A stretch of 64,000 nt of DNA, taken from Botryllus schlosseri. Its lineage: Eukaryota. The DNA is taken from the NCBI GenBank assembly GCA_051294905.1, contig CM119386.1, forward strand, positions 8,432,001-8,496,000. The letters are read 5' to 3'. Under the pieces are notes generated by a model. That model made no database searches. It saw only the letters and a list, made by a program, of their open reading frames with translations, and had not been told where the DNA came from. The translations under genes and the position numbers were made by a program. Each line of letters begins with the position of its first letter. Within the stretch, counting starts at the first letter, position 1. Positions 15,001 to 27,000 of this stretch are shown here, in pieces.

Positions 15001-18000
15001 AATACACCATGACCCCTACGATGCAGGTATTCAAAACGTGTTTCCATGCTAGCAGGATGTAATTCGTTTTGATTATAAGTGCATTTCGACATGTCAGAGG
15101 CCTCAATCATTATTTAATATGCCAATATATTAAGTAGTAATAATCAAAAGCCATATAACTGAGAATTTGCGATAACTTGCAAGTGATTGTCATGATAATT
15201 TATCCCCACACAGAATAATAATGTCAAGGTGAAAATGTGATAGCAAAAAGTGTCTCTGATCATGATCACATTTGTAGGCACAGACTTCAACAATTCATGC
15301 GAATGGATGAAAATATCAAAAACAAATAAGATGCATGATTAAAGAACTGACTCGGAGAGCCAAGAAGCCGCCATACAACTCTATAATCAATACGCAATGC
15401 CAGACAGCATGAAGATGCAGAGCCAAGCAATGAAAAGTGTGTGATGATTAGGTTTTGTGCTCGATGGAAATGACCCTTTATATTTACAGTGTGCATTGTC
15501 GATATGGGGTCGAGAGCCACATCAGTCATTCCTCTGTCTTTCTTACTCCCGCCGCGTAGAATGGACTCATTCAAGTCCTGCGTCGCTTGCAACAGATCGT
15601 TCAGCTCACCCAATACTGACACCTGATGTTAGTGAGTGGGCGGTGGAAGGATAGTTAATGGAGAAAACAAAGAGCCAGAAGTAGAAGACTCGATTGTAAT
15701 ATCAGTATCAAAACCAAAATCTCTAAGATTGGCAAATTACGAGGAACAACAGACAGAAATTTGATTAACAATCATAATTACCAATCATATTCAGTAATAA
15801 TTACGGAGTAATGTGGAGGAATTCCACCCAACTGCAATCCATGATTTACCGGGTCAAAAAATACTGCTGCAGAAAGATAAATATGATGTTATTCTTCAAA
15901 GCAATGCTCAATGCAATTTGGCTGATGAAAAACTCAAGAAATTGCCTGATTAACTGTATATATCACTTATTAGTAGATATTAAGGTCACCTAAGGCAAAT
16001 AGATGCCGTTATCTCGATGTATGTAGACAATGCGGCTATTTGAACGTCTCAAACGAAAATGCACAACCTCACCCATTGAAAAGGAGAGATTATATATTCT
16101 CAAACCGCAATATAATGTTCATTACCTGCTGCTGTAGTTGGGCGTAATCTTCAGTCTCCTCCTCCAACTGTCCTTTAGCCCTTTCCAGAGCTTGAAGCTT
16201 GCGTAACAACCGCTCTTTATCTCGCAAGATATTATCAAATTCGGTCTAAAATGTGATTTAAGAATTATAGTCAATGGATAACAACGAAAACTTTCGAAAT
16301 AAGAACATTTTGCAAAGAAGTGAACGAATAAGAGTCCACACCACCAGACCTGTTGCGCGTGTGCCTTCTGCCGTACGTTCAAAATGTAATCTTGCAGTCC
16401 CGATATGATATCTTCCAATTCGCCTTTCAATCCGTCATCTTCTGTCATGGTACCTAACAAATGCGTGAATGTGTGAAGTGTTAAGTTATGAGACATGCTC
16501 CAATAAAAGTTCTCATAAATTATAAATCAATTCCATAAATAGTATATTTTCCTAATAATCATTTTTATACTGAATAAGATATGTCACAGTATCAGAAGAA
16601 TGATCGATGACCGAAATTAGTTTTCCCATTTACGACAAGAAAAGCTATTTGCTGTATGTGTATTTCCAAACAATATGCTAGCTCATGCAAAGATTGTCGA
16701 ATAGCGGAAAGACCTTCAAAATATCAAAGGAAATGTTCTGGTTTGCAAAAGTGCCGATTTATCTGTTATCGCAACAAATTGCACCCATCAATGCCATAAA
16801 TTTTTACAGCCTAATTGATATAAGGCTATAATTAATGGAGACGTAACACATGTCTGTTTACACCAAAGCGCCATTCACCGTGCAAATATACAATTGTGTT
16901 GGTTTGTGTTGGCATTGCCACTAATTCATTACCAACTAATTTCAAGGATATGCTTCACAAATACAGAACCGTTATGCTTCACAAACACAGAACAGTATCG
17001 TAGGGCTATTAGAACACTTCTTACCGGTAAGCCAAGAGTTCGCTATGCTAACTCAACTCTACATGACCCTCTGTTGTAAGATACAACAATATTTTACAGC
17101 ACCTTTAGCCAGTTGTTCTTCAAGAGATTTAATCGCCTCGGTATCGATAGCGATCCCTTTGATGAGACGATTCAATTTCGCTTCATTCTCTCTGATCCGT
17201 TGGTTCAAATCCGCTATCGTCTTCTCTTTGTCTATTATCTGAGATCGAAGTCGCGCCTGCAAAAGTGCGGACGACATAAAATCAGCAATCAGACAGACAG
17301 CCGACTGGAAAGCGTACATATTCCGGGCTGTTTGGGTCGAGCTTTTTCAATCGTGACTTCATCCTGTCGAGTTCCAATTTGTGTCTACGTAAAGCCTCCC
17401 GGTCCTTTTCGAGCTCGTCTTCCAGCTTTTCCGCCTCTTCCTTCGTCTGAGTATGGAAAATGGAAATTAAATTGCCGCGATCTTCGCGAATTTCGGAAAT
17501 TACGTATGTTTCAAACAGGGCTGTAGCCACAAGTCAGTTTTACTTCTATAGTTTTGATTCGAGTCAAGTCGAGTCATTTTCATCTCACTACTGAGTCAAG
17601 CCCGACTTCAAGTTAGGGAGCAACGGGTCGTGTCCGAGTCAATGAGACTCGAGTCCCAGTCATCATTCATAATAAACGACACTTGAATCAAGACATCTAG
17701 CATTTCTCGAGTCATATGACTTAGTCGAGTACAATGACTTGAGTACAAGTCGAGTCAATACATAAATTAAGTCCTTTTGCAAAATGACTCCTTTACGAAA
17801 ATGACTCGAGTCAAGTAAAACATTGCGACTCAAGTCAGGACTCGAGTTATTACGACTCTGGTTTCAGAATCGGACAAAATCAGTGCATACAGTAGGTTGT
17901 AATGACTCGAGTCACGATTTTTCGATGACTCGTCTTGACTTGAGTCATTGTGCAAGACTTGTGATAGTCATATGACTCGAGACTAGGACAGCCGAGACTG

Positions 18001-21000
18001 ACATTTCATTGTAACTTCTTGAATAGTAAAGTCACCACATTACTAGTATTTCGTCTATCAGTCCTGATACTTGGAAAATAGGGCCAGAAACTGTTGAGAC
18101 TTGGGAAAATTTTTATTATGAATGCGAGTCATTATATATCACTCGGCTGACTGACCTGACAAACTTTCTGAATCTTGCCGGCGAGGCGTCTTCTCAAATT
18201 GTCTTTCTCTGCTTCCGTCATCGACCTTTCCATGGCCTCCTGTTGCAATTTCGCCAACTCGTCGTTGGCATCATCGATTTGTGCCTCGGTGTCGCGTAAC
18301 TCCCGCTGTAGCTCCGCCAGTCGATTTGCCGCTGAAAAATTTGAGATTTCGTCAAAATGAAATGTTTGCATGCAACTTGAAAGTCTTAAAATATTTTTAT
18401 AATATAAATTCGTTATCACAAGAGCAAGCTCTTGCAACTTTGGCAACTTTTTTTTACAGCTTCCGGCAGCTTCCTAATTACTCAGAAGTTATGTAGAATG
18501 CTGTTTTAGGCTGTTTGAAAGGATCTTATAGTGCAACTTTTTGCAACTTTTGTCAATTTTTTAATGCAACTTTTTGCAGCTTTTTCGATTTTACATGAAA
18601 GATTTTTCCATTTTTCATGCAACCAACTTTTTACTGGAAATATTTGGAAATTATGTCACTGTTTTCTGAGAATTTTGGTGAAATACAAGGCCAAATTCGA
18701 CTGAAACACCGTAAATTAGCGCTGAAGTAACTCTCCAACCGGCATTTTGCGAGCTGAGCCGGAAAGTTGACCTTTTTTTTTAATCAACCAATGGAGAATG
18801 TGGATGGCAAACTGTATCTCGGGAGTGGAACTGGAAAGTTGACCTTTTTTTTAGTCAACCGACCAAAATGCGGTCTTTTAGTGCAACTTTTGTGAAAAAA
18901 TAAATGCGACTTTTTCTTTTGGGAAAAATAAATGCAACTTTCCACGGATTTACCTGCAACAAAAACTTGTCCTAATTATCACGTCTCTTATCTCTATGCA
19001 ACACAAAATCTCACCTTCCTGTAGCAACCGTTCCTTTTCCTGAAGAGCGGCGTCAACTGTGGAAGCCTGCAAATATGTAAGTTAAAAGAACAAAAAAAGA
19101 GAATAGCAATAAATGACAAAAATTATTTACGGTATTACATGCCATTCTTCTGATTTCCACTGACCCTGCATCGTACTAGTCACCAAGTAAATAAACAGGG
19201 TATAATATGATGCAAAAGCAATTGTTTGATTTTAATTATAGGATCATTATCACACAGAAAGCAAGGGGTGGCGAGATAGCGCAGTGGTATAATCCACAGC
19301 TGCAACGCCAATGGGTTGCGGGTTCGAGTCCGACCGAGGTCGACTTCAGAATTCCTACCTAAGTGCTAGAGGTTTATCTAGGCTCCTCCTCGCCATATCA
19401 TCTGTGCAAGCCGTATCTTATAAAAAGCCTAGAAGTGGGCTGCTACGAAATAAAATTGAACAAAATTGGCCTGGTGTAAATGGCCACAGTAGTCGACAAA
19501 CACCATGAACACCACAAACAAACACGGAAAGCGTAAATATCAGTGCAATTCCAGGTAATAGTTCACACATAGTGTAAATTGGGTGAACGTATACTCACAT
19601 TTCCTGGTGCCTTTCCGGGAACTGCAAATTGATTTCTTTTATACGCAGATTTTCCGATGTAGGGTGCATCCCCACCAGCATCGTCTTCGTCACTTAGTCC
19701 GTGTGGTATCTAAGATAACACTCAAATTGTGTTTGGTACAATATTTTCAATCAAACTCTCACGGAGTAGGCATGCAATCATGACCAAAATGTCAAAAACT
19801 TTCAAGACTATAAGTACCGCCAGGATGTGTCGGGTGACATAAAGTTGAATCACACCAAGATTAGAAAATCATAAGGGTAGGGTAACCTAGAAATGGATCA
19901 AATATGATGCAGTAACGGGATTCATGTGACCTTCTCAAAAAGGCTCATGCATTTTGCATCTCTTTTATTTGGAAAATAGACTATTGAGGGTGAGTCCTGT
20001 GAGTTTTCTAGTTTATTATATTACAAATTTGCGATGCATCTAAAGATTTGTTGCAAAACCGACCGCGACGGAACAAATGCTGGACTTGGTTCAATTCAGA
20101 TATCAGTAGATTACAGTAACGTGCACAGCTTTTTTCGAATTTAGATTTCCTCATGTCATCAACCAATATTAGTATTAGCCTGGCTCCTGTGAATAATGCA
20201 GATTTCGATAGCTAGTACCAGGGCTTTGGAGCCGGAGCCGGAGCCCCGGAGCCGTGCATTTTCACCGGAGCTGGAGCCGGAGCCGGAGCTCTACATAAAA
20301 TTTAGCCGGAGCCGGAGCCGGAGCTGGAGCCCGTTATTTGAGGAGTAGCTCCGGCTCCGACCTATTTCATAAGATGCTATTATATATGCAACAACTACAT
20401 CTGCTGATTTATCATAATTGAACAGCAGGCCTGAATTTTAATGCTGTGCACAGCAATGGCATGGAGTAAATTGCGTTCTAGTGCAACTGTGATGTTGTCG
20501 ACAATTGACAAGTATTCAGTATGAAGTCACAAGCCGGCACGGCTTAACCCAGGGGTGGGCAAACTTTTGAGCTCGCGGGCCGCATTCAGCATCTGAATCC
20601 ATTCGCGGGCCGCACTATATAAAATTGGGATTATAAACAATGCTCCATCTAAGCTGCGCACGGTCTCTGCGCACAAAAAATCCGAAGTAATTACTTTTTT
20701 TTAGTCGTTACGCACTGTTGTCCAAGGGTCTGCGCAGTGAGTGTGCGCATACTCGTAAAAAATTAGATGGAACATTGACTATAAACCAATACGCAATATT
20801 GGTATTTGATTATATAGTGGGGACATAGGGATAATATATGTGCTTATTTAAAACAAACCAAACATAGCTTTAATGATATCGTACACGCGTCAGAAATATA
20901 GTGGCGAGATTTCATAGGCTGGTCAACCTCAATAACCAATTTGTCAAAACTATAGAGATGAAACTCGGTTGTCCCGATTCTTAAAAGGATTGAAATTTAA

Positions 21001-24000
21001 ATCTGTGAGCAGCGATCTGTTCTTAGATTTACTAACTCCACTTTTGGTTCAGTTCTAGGACACATAGTGCTAACAGCATCATAACCATGTTAGCTTCAAA
21101 CACGCTTCTACTATGTGTTAATAATATATAAATACCCCAAGTCTACGCATACAGAGAACGAATCTACACGCACGAATCCTTTTTTATAAGCACATCACAG
21201 AAATAATTGATACTGGAGTGGCCAATCTGAAATCCCACTCGTGATCTGAATTATGTCAATCTCGTTTAGGACTTCTGTGATGTTGAGCAGTTGATATCAG
21301 GCTGTCGCGCCAGAAATTAAACAAAAAATTAATATAGGAAGTAGGCCTATGTACCTTATAAAAGTGGTTTCATACTCTTTAAGACACGACACGCCCCCCC
21401 CCCCCACCCCTATGATGGTGGCAGATTTCGCGCCACAGTTACCGTCGTATCACAAAACGCAACAAGGATGCAAGCAAACCTAACGGATAGTGTGATGGCA
21501 TGGAAGGTTACGACTATGGATGAAAGACTTTGAAATATCAAATTCTAGCTAAATACAGAGCAGTGAATAGGAATTGGATGTAAATCGCGCGGGGCGCGAT
21601 AATTTCTTCAGTTGAGCTCAGCTTCGCCTCCCCCTTCAGATGCTTTCAGGCCCCCTAGGGGGCGCGCCCACCAGTTTGAGAAAAGCTGTCTTAGAATTAT
21701 CATGGTGAAATATACTCAGAAAAAGTTTAATGAAGTCCCTGCATTAATTCGATTTTTAGTACGCATTTTATCAATATTTTTACAAAGTTTCCTTAGACTC
21801 TCGCGGGCCGCACAGAACGGTGTTGCGGGCCGCATGCGGCCCGCGGGCCGTAGTTTGCCCACCCCTGGCTTAACCTATATGTCTTTGTTGCTACATCGGA
21901 TGTTACTGACGGCTGACGGACTCTAGATTACTATAGATAACTAACCTATTAGTCGATTAGTAATCTATATAGGCCAGGAATGGCCAACCTTTTCGGCTAA
22001 AGGGGCACATGCAATTGACGAATGAGTGCGCGGTCCACTAGCCACGCCAAGCGGGTAAAATTTTCCAAGTTTATAAATAAACTAGGTGAGAGTTGCGAGT
22101 CTATTGTATACCACCCGCTAGGCTCAGTTTGCAAGGACATGACTATTCGGCGTCTGGACACATCGATAACGAAGGTCTCCGATAATATGCGACAATAATT
22201 TTGTGCCTACATTTCACCGTCGACGATTTTATGCGAGCGCAAACGCGAAAATACTTTCTTCCGTAATTGCGTAATTGCGTACAGTTAGACTCAATCGGCT
22301 AAATTAGGCGTTTTTTTTTTCATTTTCAGTAGGGGGTAGGCCATCAAGCAAGAAATCGTGTGAAAATTAAATACGCGAAGCGTGTATAAAAATTTCGCTA
22401 CTATTTTAGTTTATTGTAATGTGCGACGATTTACTGAAAATGTGACTGGACCCTGGATCTGCCAATGCGTCGGAATTGATATTTTAGTCATCAACATCTC
22501 AAGCGTCGCAGCCAGAATTGTAATTTTTGATTGGCATTGCAAGTTCACAATCTGAGCTATTCATTTTCGATAGTATAATAGGACATTACCTCGCGGGCCA
22601 CGCAAAACCCTCTCGCGGGCCACATTTGCGGGCCACCCCTGATATAGACAGGACTATTCGATTATTTCAGAGCCGGAGCCGGAGCCGGAGCAGTGGTTAT
22701 AATGCGGCTCCGGAGCTGGAGCCGGAGCTAATGTATGATAGAAGAGAGCTCCGGAGCCGGAGCTGGAGCAGTCTAAATTTACGGCTGCTCCAAAGCCCTG
22801 ACTAGTACCGGTAATGATAATCTGCTAAACTCTTACTAGAAGACCTAGGCATCAAATCACAACAAAAAAATCGTTGGGATGCTGATAATTTTATATTAGG
22901 TTGCTAATTAGAGTTAATGATTGTTTTAAACTTTATAAACATAACTTACGTCGAACGGTTCAAATTTTTTGTCCAGCTTGTAAAAAGCCAGTTCCCGTTC
23001 CAGTTGCAACTGACTCGCCTGGGCACGTTGCAACTCCTTTGCTTTCTTTTTCAGCTAGAAACAACAAGAACAATAAAAAGCATTCCGACTTGCCAAGCGA
23101 CATAGATTAGTTGAACAAATATCTACGGGATTTAGATAAAGTCCGAAGCATACTTGGGCCACTCCCACGCAAATAAATTGACCAAGGTAAAGTAAGATGT
23201 GACTACTATTGTCCAACACGGCACATGAATATAATAGTTCAACATTGTGTGAATAGAAATCCGGGAATCAATGAACAGTTACAGTAGCTAAGGACGATAA
23301 CATTCATGACTTTGGGCAAGCAAACGTGCTGGTAGCATAGTTTTGTATGACCAACTCGCTTATAATACAGACTAAAAATGTGATGTCAGACACGCCAAGA
23401 TGAGTTCATAATAGGAGTGTAAAGGACTTCAGATTTTCAAAACTAATGGAACATTAAAATACACATAACTCTCGAGATTCCATTTCAAAATCAAAGCCAC
23501 AATGAATTCTGGAGCACACCAATACCAAGAAGTATCCACGGATTGCTTTACAGACAAAATGTTTATTCAGTGTATAAGAGGTGGGCTCAGTTTATTATCC
23601 ATTTATGATTCCTGTGTCTATTTACCTAGACCACAAGTGGTTAAACAAAATACCTTTGGCATTGTCACATTATATGTGGCCAGCGCGTGTACTTGAGGCA
23701 CATATTTGATAAAATAGCTTGGGTTGAAAATGTTGTAGAAGAAAGAATATTACTTATCCGTGTTAGTGGTTAAGAAACAAAACCAATAATAAAATTGGAT
23801 TGATATTACAATGTCAATATTAAAATTTCAAAAACCATTGGTATCGATCAAATTCTAAGACTTTAGTAATTATTGAAAACATATTATTCAGTAAGCTAGG
23901 TCTATAACAGAAAACTCAACTATTAGTCGAACACGCTCAGAAATTGAAGATCACTGGCCTGTAACTAAATTCGCACTAATGAAACAAACACATAATGCTT

Positions 24001-27000
24001 CACATCAAGATGATGCTTTAAATCCATTCTTTCTGGCAACGTGTGTCAAAGCAGACGTACGCTTCAACCACAACTACACAGGCACTTACAAGCTCATCCT
24101 TCGTATCCAACTCAATTTTCATTTCCTCCCTGATTTCTTCGTGTTTATCTTCTCTTTCGGTCAACTCCCTTTCTCTGACATTCAGCATTTCCAAGTGGTC
24201 CAAAGATTCGTCATGCTTTTCCTTGTGACAGAAAAATTTAAAGTCGTGAATCCGACATTCATTTGGAACAAACACTATTGACAAGTCAAACTACTAGGTC
24301 TACTACATTTCGTGTTTGGAAAAAGGCATATTCCAAATGCGATCTATGTGTAATTGCCCTGAATGGGATATTTATTAACTTCATTGATAACTTTTCACCG
24401 ACAAACATATGGAAACAGATCAATCGTATCCCAGTATTGCAAATGAAAAGATTTTTGTCACTCCAAAACAAGAAATACCACAGATTACCGGGATAATATC
24501 TACCTTCAAATCTTTCAGGTCAGTAGTTGTCTTCCCAAGTTCCGCGGACAAACGATCAATTTCCTCTGCAATGGTAAATTAATTATGACACACGCAGTAG
24601 GCCTATACGAGAATAGTAAACAAAGTCCATTGGAAAATGATTAAGTTGATGTAATGAGACTACTGTTCAACCAATATATCCTATCGGCCTATCGCAGTTA
24701 CGTTACTGACCTTGAGCAAACCTATTCTTGGCGGCTGACCGCTCGTTCAACGTGATATTTTGTGCATCAAGCTGTTCCAGTGTCCTCAAATGAAACACGA
24801 TGTACGCTCGATGATGTGACAGATCGCAAAGCGGATTGCCGGCGATTGTCAATGACTGCAGATCATGGAAGTTACGTAGTTTCACAACTTCGGATAACTG
24901 TAGAGAAAAGTGTTGCACCAGAATTGAAACGATAAGATCGCTTGGATGAAGATTCTAAAAAACGTAGGCTCGGGTCAAACCCATACTACGATTACAAATG
25001 CTCAGAATGAGATCAACTAACACATCAGAAAAATTTATGAGAAGCAATTAAAACCAAATTGAGTTGCAAAAAACATTTAAAGTGATAATTTCTATGTAGG
25101 CTAATTGAGCAGTCTGCTACTTCAAATCTCCGGAAAACAATGCTAAAAGTAAAGTGTGTTTGCTGAAACAAAATTCAAACTTTCTGAATATCTTACAAGT
25201 CCTCATTAACGATAAAAAATACCAGGAGAATGTCAGAAGTATTTCTTTGCAGTGAAGTATTTGCAATTATTATGATTGGTGGATCATAAAATCTGAACTT
25301 ACAGACTCTTAAAGGTTCTGCTCACGTCTTAATTCAAATGACCCCAATCTCAAATGAGGTAATTTACGTATTCTGTCATTTCAGTCTGTGATACGATATG
25401 GTATAATCAACTTTACAAAGAGGTTTATTTTAGTGTTATAAAATATATAATAAATTGATGACACGAACCGATGATATTTTGTTATTAGCAAGCTTCAATG
25501 TACGCAGTGCTCTCAGTTTCTTCACAAACCACATGGGAACAGTTTCAATAAAGTTTCCGCTGAGATTCAATAATTGGAGGCTTGTTAACGACTCCAGTCC
25601 TTCAATTTTGCTAAAAAAAGACAGAGTATTACATCACCAATATACTATAAGACAAACAAGAAAGCAAGGTATCCTCACCTAATTTGGTTGTTGGCAAAGT
25701 TCAAGTCTCGTAACCGAGTCAGATGTTCAATGCGCTCAATTTTCATGATAATATTGCCGCTGAAATTCAACGACGTCAGATTTTTGCAGTCTTCGAGATT
25801 TTCAATGTACTGAAAACATGGACAGATTTGAGATATCAGAATTGTTTCAAAAAGTACATTGAAACTTGAGCCCACATCATTATTATACATATCATGGATA
25901 CTATCATACCTGTAATGTAGCAATAGTATTAGGAAATATAGATCAGGCCATAACTCAATGCCCACACAGTTTAATACCATAAAGGAATCATTCAAGTCAA
26001 GTTTCACACAAGAACCATAGACAGAACAGATAGATGGATGGGTGGATTTTACTTCATTTCATTAGCAAAAGCGATAATTTCTGGGATAGACCGGGGGGGC
26101 ATTCAATCTCATAACAAAGTCCCCAACTGAAATAGGTGAACATTTTGCAAGATCCGTACCGTATATCCAATGTTGAATTAAAGCCGAAGAAATACTGTGT
26201 AATTATTTTGCCAATCATTCCATGATACCACAACAGTAAAGAAACATCATTGAGCTCGTGGAGTCGTGGGAATTACAAACACATGAAGATAATGGTTTCC
26301 CGACATTTCAAGATGCGCCACGATGAAAAATAACAATTCAGCATGCGGCATGTGCTAACAAGTGACTTTATAACCCCAAAACAAATACTGACCCTAACCG
26401 CAACCCTATCCCAACCCCAATTTGAACATTGACCCTTATGATTATTTGACGCATAGTAAAGCATATGGTATTCTGCTGCATGCTCATATGTTACGGATAG
26501 AAAATAACAAATGAAATGAGAGAATATATAGGCCTATAGATTATAGACCAGGGGTCACCAACCCGGTGCCCGCGGGCACCAGGTAGCCCGCGAGGACTAG
26601 ATGAGTAGCCCGCGAGCCCGTCCTAAAAAAGGTGGAATAGCAGCATTTACTATTCGTCAGATTATTACCAGTGATGTTTTGAATATATAGATTGATTGAT
26701 TCAGCTATTCTTGTTTCAAATACACTAACATGTAACTTACATATATAAACACTTAAAAATATCCTCAATAACCATTAGTAATATATAGATGTATGTGATA
26801 GAATCACCAGCAGAAATTGAAGATAGCCTACGCCGCATTGCCTATACAGGCGACATGACGGAATGCCATTCACGGTCTTCTCGAAATGGCGGGGGGTTCC
26901 GTTATGATAGCTCGATGTCCAGGACAATACCAAAGTAGTAAACAATATTACTATTCGGAGTTAGATGGCCGTGAAGTACTAGCAGATTTTGAATATCTGT

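Larger units (their letters stand above)
20219..22800. mobile_element. hAT MITE with GGAGCC arrays, host of nested insertions
   Basis: TIR CAGGGCTTTGGAGC...GCTCCAAAGCCCTG; TSD GCTAGTAC/ACTAGTAC (7/8); subterminal (GGAGCC)n arrays. Confidence 0.9.

Noticed and set aside
17113-17526. 137-aa plus-strand ORF
   Set aside because: Antisense to two centriolin exons; typical shadow ORF.
19270-19345. Functional tRNA gene
   Set aside because: A and B boxes are present but the acceptor and anticodon stems do not pair; it continues into a SINE-like body. The same applies to 38550-38626.
26370-26420. Second telomere-like patch (ACCCTAACCGCAACCCTATCCCAACCCC)
   Set aside because: Too short and degenerate, with no boundaries or TSD; probably a repeat fragment.
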